Of a stretch of 57,549 nt of DNA, positions 50,707-57,549 are shown piece by piece. Both the position numbers and the translations under genes were made by a program. Source of the DNA: Gemmatimonadales bacterium (lineage in GTDB: Bacteria; Gemmatimonadota; Gemmatimonadetes; Gemmatimonadales; GWC2-71-9); contig JBOHSY010000312.1 of the NCBI GenBank assembly GCA_050733355.1, forward strand, positions 1-57,549, written 5' to 3'. Below the pieces are notes generated by a model. That model ran no database searches. It was not told where the DNA came from and saw nothing but the letters and a program-made list of their open reading frames with translations. How positions within the stretch are numbered: position 1 is the first letter of the stretch; every line of letters starts with the position of its first letter.

Positions 50707-51600
50707 CTACGCTACAAAATCCCGAATCCGGTCGCCGGTGTCCCCTACGCGCAGGCGGAGCAGCGCGCGGTCGCGGAGCTGGCGAATGCGCTCGCGGGTA
50801 ACCCCCATCATCCGGCCGATCTCCTCGAGCGTGCGGCTGTTGCCGTCGTCCAGGCCGAAGTAGAGCCGGAGCACCTTGGCGTCGCGCGGCGGCAGCGTGG
50901 CGAGCGCGAGCTCGATGTCCCGGGTCTGGCTGTTCACGAGCGTGGAGGCGTCGGTGCTCTCCTGCTCGCCGGTGGAGAACCGCTCGATCCGCTCGTTGCC
51001 TTCGCCGTCCCGGGTGGGATGGTCGAGCCGGACCGCTTCGGAGTTGAGGGCGCTGAGGCTCCGCACCGCCTCGACCGTGAGCCCGGTGGCGCGGGCGAGC
51101 TCTTCGGTGGTCGGCATGCGGCCGAGCCGGTCCTTGAGCAGCGTCGTGGTACGACCCAGCCGGCTCAGGTCGGCCGTGCGGTTGAGCGGCACCCGGACCG
51201 GGCGGCCGTGCCGGGCGATGGCGGCCTGCACCGCCTGCCGGATCCACCAGACCGCGTAGGAGATGAACTTGACGCCGCGGTCCGGATCGAACTTGCGCGC
51301 CGCCGTCATCAGCCCGAGGTTCCCCTCGCCGATCAGGTCGACGAGCGGCACGCCCCGGTTCTGGAACTTCTTGGCCACCGACACGACGAAACGCACGTTG
51401 TGCCGCGCCAGCCGCTCCTGGGCGACGACGCTGCCCTTGAACGCCTTGCGCGCGAGCTCCATTTCCTCCTCGCGATTGAGAAGGGGGACCCTGCTGATTT
51501 CATCCAGATAAAGGTCGAGACTCTCTCTGCCTTCGTCCACTGCGCGAGCGATCTGGGCCGGCCGGACCGGGCGCCGCTTGGCACGTGGCTTCACACTCAC
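50707..51600 (-). CDS. RNA polymerase sigma-70 family factor (group 2/3-like, 297 aa)
   Basis: Region 2 (FISYAVWWIRQAV) and region 4.2 (TLEEIGRMMGVTRERIRQL). GTG start with SD GGAGGA. Confidence 0.9.
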   Translation of the reverse strand: MSVKPRAKRRPVRPAQIARAVDEGRESLDLYLDEISRVPLLNREEEMELARKAFKGSVVAQERLARHNVRFVVSVAKKFQNRGVPLVDLIGEGNLGLMTAARKFDPDRGVKFISYAVWWIRQAVQAAIARHGRPVRVPLNRTADLSRLGRTTTLLKDRLGRMPTTEELARATGLTVEAVRSLSALNSEAVRLDHPTRDGEGNERIERFSTGEQESTDASTLVNSQTRDIELALATLPPRDAKVLRLYFGLDDGNSRTLEEIGRMMGVTRERIRQLRDRALLRLRVGDTGDRIRDFVA

Positions 51601-51673
51601 TCTGGACTCCTCCTATGGGTCGACCACCCCGTGGGGCAGGCACGAGTTGGGGGCGTACAGTTATCAGTCGGCC

Positions 51674-51702
51674 AATATACACGCTAAGCCACGAAATTTC
51701 AA
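51674..51702 (-). promoter_or_regulatory. Sigma-70-like promoter for the sigma-factor gene (TTGAAA-N17-TATATT)
   Basis: The reverse complement of 51697-51702 is TTGAAA and of 51674-51679 is TATATT. The spacer is 17 nt. It lies in the only clearly AT-rich stretch of this gap. Confidence 0.55.
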
Positions 51703-51844
51703 TAGCTTAGGCAAAATATACATTTGACCCCCTCCGAGGAAACGCATAACCGGCGCATCGGAGCGCACTTAGCGTCCACATGCGCCGCACCGCAGGAACG
51801 GCAGCCGGCGCAGGCAGATTGGCAGGTGCCGTTGCCGCTTCGCC

Positions 51845-51872
51845 TTGACCACGCTCCATTCCCGATAAGATT
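51845..51872 (+). promoter_or_regulatory. Possible pntA promoter (TTGACC-N15/16-TAAGATT)
   Basis: TTGACC at 51845-51850 and TAAGAT at 51866-51871 (15-nt spacer), or AAGATT with a 16-nt spacer. It shares the TAAGATT -10 with the gltB-leader promoter. Confidence 0.3.
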
Positions 51873-51906
51873 AGGTCCGCGACCCACCTCGTAGAGCGGA
51901 GTCCCG

Positions 51907-53064
51907 ATGCGAATCGCGGTCCCCAAAGAGACCGCCCCGCGCGAGCAGCGCGTGGCGCTGGTCCCCGAATCGTGCAAGAAGCTGGTCCAGGCCGGCTACG
52001 AGGTTGCCGTGGAGGCCGGCGCCGGCGAGTCGGCCGGGGCGGCGGATCCAGCTTACCAGGCGGCTGGCGCAACCGTTCAGGCCGACGCCGCCGCCCTGTT
52101 CGCGTCGGCCGATCTGCTGCTGAAGGTGGGGCCGCCGGCATTCGGCGATGGGGGCCGGGACGAGACCCGCTGGCTCCGGGCCGGCGCCATCTACGTCGGC
52201 TCCCTGATGCCGCTTCGGAACCTCGGGGTCGTTCGGGCGCTGGCGGAGCGGCAGGTGACGGCGTTCTCGACCGACGCCATCCCCCGGACCACTCGGGCCC
52301 AGTCGATGGACACGCTCTCCTCGATGGCGAATATCGCCGGCTACAAGGGCGTGTTGCTCGCGGCCACCCAGCTCCCCAAGTACTTCCCGATGCTGATGAC
52401 CGCCGCCGGGATGGTCCGGCCTGCCCGGGTGTTCGTGGTGGGTGCGGCGGTCGCGGGCCTCCAGGCCATCGCGACGGCCCGCCGCCTCGGCGCCACCGTG
52501 GTCGCCACCGACGTCCGGCCCGAGGTGAAGGAGCAGATCGAGAGCGTGGGCGCCAAGTACGTCGGGATCGAGCTCCAGGACGAGGGATCGGCCGGGGGCG
52601 GCTATGCCAAGGAACTTTCCGATCAGGACCGCGCCCGCCAGCGGCAGCTCCTGGCGGAACAGATCGCCCTGGCCGACGTCGTGATCACCACGGCGCTGAT
52701 CGGCGGGGTCTTCGCACCGCAGCTGGTTACGGCCGAGATGGTGCGGTCGATGCGGCCGGGCGCCGTGCTGGTGGACCTCGCGGCCGATGGGGGCGGCAAC
52801 TGCGAGCTCTCCCGGCCGGGCGAGACGGTGTCGGTGGGTGGTGTCACCATCGCGGCGCCCCTCAACCTCGCCGCCACGATGCCGGGCGACGCCAGCCTGC
52901 TGTTCTCGCGCAACCTCACGGCGTTCGTGCAGGCCTTCACGAAGGACAAGGCGTTCCAGCTCGACTTCAACGACGACATCCAGCAGGGCGCGCTCATCAC
53001 GCACGCCGGCGAAGTGACGCACCAGCGGACGCGCGAGGCACTGGCTCGGGAGGCGACGACATGA
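51907..53064 (+). CDS. pntAA: NAD(P) transhydrogenase subunit alpha, part 1 (dI)
   Basis: MRIAVPKETAPREQRVALVPE and Rossmann VFVVGAAVAGLQAIATARRLGA. SD GGAG. Confidence 0.92.
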   Translation: MRIAVPKETAPREQRVALVPESCKKLVQAGYEVAVEAGAGESAGAADPAYQAAGATVQADAAALFASADLLLKVGPPAFGDGGRDETRWLRAGAIYVGSLMPLRNLGVVRALAERQVTAFSTDAIPRTTRAQSMDTLSSMANIAGYKGVLLAATQLPKYFPMLMTAAGMVRPARVFVVGAAVAGLQAIATARRLGATVVATDVRPEVKEQIESVGAKYVGIELQDEGSAGGGYAKELSDQDRARQRQLLAEQIALADVVITTALIGGVFAPQLVTAEMVRSMRPGAVLVDLAADGGGNCELSRPGETVSVGGVTIAAPLNLAATMPGDASLLFSRNLTAFVQAFTKDKAFQLDFNDDIQQGALITHAGEVTHQRTREALAREATT

Positions 53065-53399
53065 ACGAAGCGGTCCAGACGGCGGCGCACGGCTCCGGCG
53101 ACCTGTGGTCGCTCCTGTTCGTGTTCGTGCTCGCGTCCTTCATCGGGCTGGGCGTGATCCGCCGGGTGTCCCGGCTGCTCCACACCCCGCTGATGTCGAT
53201 CACCAACGCGATCTCGGCGATCGCCGTGGTGGGCGCGATCGTCGTGGCCGGCGGCGAAGGCCCGCCGATGATCCGCCTCCTCGGCGCGGTCGCGGTGTTC
53301 GCCTCGATGACGAACATCGTGAGCGGTTTCCTGATCACCGAGCGCATGCTCCGGATGTTCAAACGTGACGAGAAGCCGCGCGCCGGAGGCACGGCATGA
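53061..53399 (+). CDS. pntAB: NAD(P) transhydrogenase subunit alpha, part 2 (membrane dII-a)
   Basis: ATGA overlap with pntAA. About 112 aa, 3 TM, TNAISAIAVVGA motif. Confidence 0.88.
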   Translation: MNEAVQTAAHGSGDLWSLLFVFVLASFIGLGVIRRVSRLLHTPLMSITNAISAIAVVGAIVVAGGEGPPMIRLLGAVAVFASMTNIVSGFLITERMLRMFKRDEKPRAGGTA

Positions 53400-54805
53400 C
53401 CTACGGGCTGGTGCAGGCGGCCTACCTCGTGGCGACGGCGCTGTTCGTCTTCGCGCTGCACTGGATGAACCACCCGAAGACCGCCCGTCGCGGGGTGTCC
53501 GCGGGCGTGGCGGGCATGGCGATCGCGGTCATCGCCACGTGGGCGCAGCCCGCGATCGTGCACCACGTCTGGATCGTCGTGGCAGTCATCGCGGGGTTCG
53601 GGGTCGGCGTTCCGCTCTCGATGGTGCCGCTCACGGCGGTGCCGCAGCGGACCGCGCTGTCGCACGCGTTCGGCGGCCTCGCGGCCGGCCTCGTGGGCGC
53701 GGCGAAGTATTACCTCTGGCTGGGCGACGCCCCCGAACAGCTCACCGCGTTCCGCATGACCGCGATCATCATCGAGATCATCCTGGGCTTCCTGACCTTC
53801 ACCGGAAGCCTGATGGCAGCGGGCAAACTGCAGGAGGTGAAGTGGATCCCGCAGCGGCCGGTCACCTATCCGCTTCAGAACGTCACCAACCTGGCGCTCT
53901 TCCTCCTCGCGGCCGCGATCGGGGTGGCGCTCGCGATGAACCCGACCGCCGACTGGGCACCTCGGGTTTTCCCCATCATCATCGTCCTCGCGCTCCTCTT
54001 CGGCATCCTGCTGATCATCCCGATCGGGGGCGCGGACATGCCGACCGTGATCGCGATCCTCAACGCGTACGCGGGGCTCGCGGCGGTGGCGATGGGTTTC
54101 GTGCTGGACAACAAGCTGCTGATCACGGCCGGCGCGCTCGACGGCTCGAGCGGGCTCATCCTCGCCATCATCATGTGCAAGGCGATGAACCGCTCGTTCA
54201 CCAACGTGCTGTTCGGCGCGTTCGGCCAGGTGCAGCAGCTCAAGGCAGGCGGCGAGCAGCAGCAGTACAAGTCCGAGACCATCGAGGGCGCCGCCCAGGT
54301 GCTGGAGCAGGCACACACGGTGGTGATTGTCCCGGGCTACGGCATGGCGGTGGCCCAGGCGCAGCACAAGGTGCGCGAGCTGTACGACCAGCTGCGGAAG
54401 CGTGGCATCACCGTGAAATTCGCCATCCACCCGGTGGCGGGCCGCATGCCGGGCCACATGAACGTGCTCCTCGCCGAGGCGGACATCCCGTACACCGATC
54501 TCGTGGAGATGGACGAGATCAACCCCGATATGCCCCAGTGTGACGTGGCGCTGGTTGTGGGCGCGAACGACGTCGTGAACCCGGCGGCGCGCAGCGACAA
54601 GTCGAGTCCCATCTTCGGCATGCCGATCATCGACGCCGATAAGGCACGCACCGTGTTCGCGATCAAGCGGAGCAAGAACCCCGGCTTCGCGGGGATCGAC
54701 AACGCGCTCTACTTCTCCGACCGCACCTGGATGCTGTTCGGCGACGCCAAGGGGGTCGTCGGCGAGCTGGCCAAGCAGATGAGCGGGAACAGCGCAATGC
54801 ACTAG
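53396..54805 (+). CDS. pntB: NAD(P) transhydrogenase subunit beta
   Basis: ATGA overlap with pntAB. Membrane dII-b plus C-terminal dIII (VIVPGYGMAVAQAQH, HPVAGRMPGHMNVLLAEA). Confidence 0.93.
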   Translation: MTYGLVQAAYLVATALFVFALHWMNHPKTARRGVSAGVAGMAIAVIATWAQPAIVHHVWIVVAVIAGFGVGVPLSMVPLTAVPQRTALSHAFGGLAAGLVGAAKYYLWLGDAPEQLTAFRMTAIIIEIILGFLTFTGSLMAAGKLQEVKWIPQRPVTYPLQNVTNLALFLLAAAIGVALAMNPTADWAPRVFPIIIVLALLFGILLIIPIGGADMPTVIAILNAYAGLAAVAMGFVLDNKLLITAGALDGSSGLILAIIMCKAMNRSFTNVLFGAFGQVQQLKAGGEQQQYKSETIEGAAQVLEQAHTVVIVPGYGMAVAQAQHKVRELYDQLRKRGITVKFAIHPVAGRMPGHMNVLLAEADIPYTDLVEMDEINPDMPQCDVALVVGANDVVNPAARSDKSSPIFGMPIIDADKARTVFAIKRSKNPGFAGIDNALYFSDRTWMLFGDAKGVVGELAKQMSGNSAMH

Positions 54806-54887
54806 GATGGCCAGATGGTCGGATGGTCAGACGATCGGTGTGAGGCTGGCCCTTCGGATCATCTGACCATCGGTCCCTCCGACCAGC
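54806..54887. repeat. Composite palindromic element E7: (GATGGTCN octamer)x4, 16-nt core, (complementary octamer)x4
   Basis: Left arm is GATGGCCA GATGGTCG GATGGTCA GACGATCG (54806-54837). Right arm is CGGATCAT CTGACCAT CGGTCCCT CCGACCAG CC (54855-54887). It fits exactly between the pntB TAG (54803-54805) and the convergent gene's stop (54888-54890). Confidence 0.8.
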
Positions 54888-56711
54888 CTACAGCGGCAGT
54901 CTCAGTCCCGGTATCTGGATCCCGGCGGTCAGGTCTTTCAGTTCCCCGCGGAGCTGCTGCTCGACCTCCTCCAGCTTCTGCCGCTCGGCCTCCACTCGCT
55001 GCCGTCCCTCGGTCTCCACCGCCGCCACCTGCTGCCGCACCTCTTCGGTCTTGGCCGCGACGAGCTTGTCCACCTCCGCTCGGACCTTCTGCTCCGCCAT
55101 TGCCAGCTCCTCCCCCACCACGGCCTGCAGCCGGGCGCTCACCGCCTGGTCCAGGTTGGTGCTCACCCCCAGCTTCGGCGCCTTCACGGTCCCGGAGAGC
55201 ACGGCGGTGACGCGGAGATCGGTGAGGCCCGAGAGCACCCGCCACACGATCCGCTCGATCTCGTTCAGTCGCCGCGCGCTGGTATCCACCGTCCACTGTA
55301 CCTTGTTCGACGCGACCGACCACCGCCCGCGGATCTCGTCGCCGCGGAGCACGAACGAGAGCCCGCTCCGGCCCGATCCCGGATCGAGCCGCACCGGCAG
55401 GCCGGGCAGATTGAACGCCGGGAGACCGACGCCGTCGGCGATTGCGCTGATGGAATCGCGCGTGCGGGTGGTCAGATGGTCGAGCACCGCATCCACCCGC
55501 AGGGCGGCGAGCACCGGGCCGTCCGCCCGCCTCCGGGCGGAGATCACCGTCGGCTTTCCGTAGAGCGCGGGAGCCGAGGTGAGCCCGCGAACAGTCGCCG
55601 CATACCTGCCGGCGAGCACGCCTTCACCCGCGAGGGTGAAGTCGACGTTGCCCGCCTCCAGCAGGAACGAGGGATAGGTCCGCTCCTTGGGAAACCGCAC
55701 CGTACTGCCGGCCATCCGCAGCCGGTCGGGCCCGGTGGTCTCGCGAGGCAGCAGTCCGGGCGGCATGTAGTGGCGGCCGAGCTGCACCCAGTACATGGCC
55801 TGCTGAAAGCGCTCGACGCTTACCTGCCCGAAGAACGCCTTGCCGATCGCGGGTGCGGCGAACGAGGGAAGCTGGAGCAGGCTCCGGGCGAACTCGTAGT
55901 CGCGGCGCCGCGCTTCGTCGACTTCCTTCAGGCCCGCGCCGAGCTGGTTCACGCCGCGGAGGGCGTCCTTGCCGAGGGTCTCGATCTGCCGCTTGGCGTC
56001 CTCGACCTGTCGGATGCTCCGCTGCACCGACGCAATGGCGTCCCGCGTGCCCTGGATTCCGAGCGTCCGCGGGTTCAGCGTGTCGAGCCGGGCCACGAGC
56101 GCCCGTGCCGAATCGATAGTGGGCCCGACGGGCACGCCGCGGAGCCCCTGCTCGATGGCGCGCCGGGTCGAGTCGGTGCGTGCGGCGAGCGACGTGGCGG
56201 CCTGCACCGTGCCGAGCTTGGTCGGATCCAGCGCGAGCGCACGGATCGTGTCGATCGGCGTGAGCTTGAGCAGCGGCACGTCGAACTGGCTGGCCCACTG
56301 CCGCACCGCCCGCACCATCTGGGGCGCGAAGCCGTCCCCGCGCGCGGGGCGGGCCGGCGTCTCCCGCTTGGTCCCGAACTGCATGCCGCGGAGCGCCAGG
56401 TTCCGAACCACGAGCTTCTTCTCGGCGAGCGCCTCCGGGTCCACCGTGAGGTGCACGCTTCCGGCCTCCACGAGGTTCCGGCTCATGTCGAACGGATCGG
56501 CCACCTCGATCCGCCAGAGGTCCGCGCCGATCTCCCGCGGCCTGAGGTCGAGCTTGCTCACGTCCACCTGGGTGCCGAGCAGGTCGGTGCTCACGTCCTC
56601 CGTGGTCTCCTCGGCCACCGGCTCGGCGAAGAGTACCCCCAGCACGCCGATGCCGATGAGCGCCAGCAGCAGCGGTGCGATCGCCTTCCAGCGGAAGATC
56701 TTGATCTGCAC
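54888..56711 (-). CDS. TIGR03545-like family protein (N-terminal TM anchor, long helical/coiled-coil protein, 607 aa)
   Basis: MQIKIFRWKAIAPLLLALIGIGVLGVLF anchor and C-terminal coiled coil. Size and pairing with a DUF2062-like partner match my recollection of the TIGR03545/TIGR03546 pair. Confidence 0.6.
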   Translation of the reverse strand: MQIKIFRWKAIAPLLLALIGIGVLGVLFAEPVAEETTEDVSTDLLGTQVDVSKLDLRPREIGADLWRIEVADPFDMSRNLVEAGSVHLTVDPEALAEKKLVVRNLALRGMQFGTKRETPARPARGDGFAPQMVRAVRQWASQFDVPLLKLTPIDTIRALALDPTKLGTVQAATSLAARTDSTRRAIEQGLRGVPVGPTIDSARALVARLDTLNPRTLGIQGTRDAIASVQRSIRQVEDAKRQIETLGKDALRGVNQLGAGLKEVDEARRRDYEFARSLLQLPSFAAPAIGKAFFGQVSVERFQQAMYWVQLGRHYMPPGLLPRETTGPDRLRMAGSTVRFPKERTYPSFLLEAGNVDFTLAGEGVLAGRYAATVRGLTSAPALYGKPTVISARRRADGPVLAALRVDAVLDHLTTRTRDSISAIADGVGLPAFNLPGLPVRLDPGSGRSGLSFVLRGDEIRGRWSVASNKVQWTVDTSARRLNEIERIVWRVLSGLTDLRVTAVLSGTVKAPKLGVSTNLDQAVSARLQAVVGEELAMAEQKVRAEVDKLVAAKTEEVRQQVAAVETEGRQRVEAERQKLEEVEQQLRGELKDLTAGIQIPGLRLPL

Positions 56712-56715
56712 GCGA

Positions 56716-57234
56716 TCACTCCGGGCGGAAGAGCCGGTACACGTTGTACACCTTCGACGCCGTCACGGCCTGGTAGAACCTCGACCGGCGCACCCGCTCG
56801 CCGACGGTCGCACGGTAGCGTGCCACGCCGAAGCGCGCGAGCAGGAAGATGGGCACCAGCAGGGCCAGCCACGCCACGACGCTGCCCAGCACTACGGTGT
56901 TGTTGAAGTTGGTGTACGGCACGAGCGGCGTGTTGTACCAGGACTCCCACATGACCCGGAGCCCCGGCGCCTCGAGCAGCGCCCGGCCGATCCGGTGGAA
57001 GATCGGATCGAGGGCGAAGCCGACGGGCACGAAAAGGGCCCACCCGAGCATCCCGCCGCCGAACGAGACGTTCAGGATCACGATCAGCGCGAAGATCAGC
57101 AGGTTGTGCAGGTTGACGAGCGGCGTGAGCCCGAGCGCGGACCCGAGCGCGACCCCCGCCGCGACCTGGCCTGGCGTGCCCTCGGAATGCAGGGTCTTGA
57201 TGAGCGATTGCAGCAACTTCAGCAGTGTCAGCAT
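56716..57234 (-). CDS. TIGR03546/DUF2062-like small membrane protein
   Basis: LHSEGTPGQVAAGVALGSALGLTPLVNLHNLLIF is typical of DUF2062-type proteins. It ends 4 nt upstream of the partner gene. Confidence 0.6.
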   Translation of the reverse strand: MLTLLKLLQSLIKTLHSEGTPGQVAAGVALGSALGLTPLVNLHNLLIFALIVILNVSFGGGMLGWALFVPVGFALDPIFHRIGRALLEAPGLRVMWESWYNTPLVPYTNFNNTVVLGSVVAWLALLVPIFLLARFGVARYRATVGERVRRSRFYQAVTASKVYNVYRLFRPE

Positions 57235-57249
57235 CGCCGCGAATGCTAA

Positions 57250-57277
57250 TTGGACTTCATGCGGCCCGCAGTATATT
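57250..57277 (+). promoter_or_regulatory. Promoter for a near-leaderless aspartokinase gene (TTGGAC-N16-TATATT)
   Basis: TTGGAC at 57250-57255 and TATATT at 57272-57277. The ATG at 57288 is only about 4 nt beyond the expected start site. A 7-bp inverted repeat ATGCGGC/GCCGCAT brackets the -10. Confidence 0.45.
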
Positions 57278-57287
57278 CTGCCGCATC

Positions 57288-57549
57288 ATGCGCCCAGCAG
57301 CACGCGCCCCGCACATCCACAAGTTCGGCGGGGCTTCGCTGGCCGACGCCGCCGCGATCGGTCACGCCACCGGCATCGTCCGAACCCACCGCCCGGAGCC
57401 GGCGGTAGTCGTCGTGTCCGCCATCGCCGGGGCCACCGACGCGCTGCTCGCCATCGCGCGGCACGCCGAACGGGGCGAGCGCGAGCCGGCCGGGCGGCTG
57501 CTGCGCGCTCTGCGCGCGCGATACCTCGGCGCCGCGCGCGCCGTCGGCC
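57288..57549 (+). CDS. Aspartate kinase, 5' part (runs off the window)
   Basis: MRPAARAPHIHKFGGASLADAAAI...PAVVVVSAIAGATDALL matches the aspartokinase N-terminal KFGG...VVVSA(M/I)xGxTD pattern. Confidence 0.8.
   Translation, partial: MRPAARAPHIHKFGGASLADAAAIGHATGIVRTHRPEPAVVVVSAIAGATDALLAIARHAERGEREPAGRLLRALRARYLGAARAVG

Overview
High-GC bacterial chromosomal segment (roughly two-thirds G+C or more by eye, with strong GC3 bias in the real frames). I call about 51 protein-coding genes. I found no rRNA, tRNA, transposase, integrase, cas gene or CRISPR array. Many long antisense or off-frame ORFs in the track are high-GC artefacts.

Gene content is mainly core metabolism and signalling:
- Central and amino-acid metabolism: leuA, gltB, gltA, acnA, speA, pntAA/AB/B, an aspartokinase 5' end.
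- Queuosine precursor genes: queF at 11.9 kb, queC-queE at 26.3 kb.
- Translation and stress: cspA, infA, a sigma-70 family factor.
- Regulation and signalling: two TetR regulators, two Ser/Thr kinases (one a tandem pseudokinase-kinase coupled to a CGNR zinc-finger protein), a GAF-GGDEF protein.
- Two M50 site-2 proteases.
- A 14-kb run of 14 co-directional minus-strand genes (47728 down to 33605): DUF971, membrane paralogues, a PIG-L deacetylase, an ABC importer, MFS, DUF2339, PepF, infA. Many of them have overlapping stop/start codons.

The gene set and style suggest a Gemmatimonadota/Acidobacteriota-like organism. That is only an impression.

The most unusual signal is non-coding. At least eight composite palindromic elements share one architecture: an array of short direct repeats, a unique core, and an array of the reverse-complement repeats. 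The unit length differs between copies (7, 8, 9 or 10 nt). Four of them essentially fill the gaps between convergent genes, three lie between co-directional genes, and one lies in frame inside a DUF2339 gene. Two copies 17 kb apart share both the unit and a conserved core hairpin. I do not recognise this as a described repeat family.

Other notable points:
- An attenuator-like leader upstream of leuA: promoter, Leu/Val/Ile-rich 32-codon ORF, terminator.
- A promoter-leader-terminator arrangement directly in front of gltB.
- Apparently leaderless divergent genes (acnA/DUF971) sharing a 16-bp gap with a perfect TATAAT.

All functional names come from motif and sequence recognition by eye. No database search was run.
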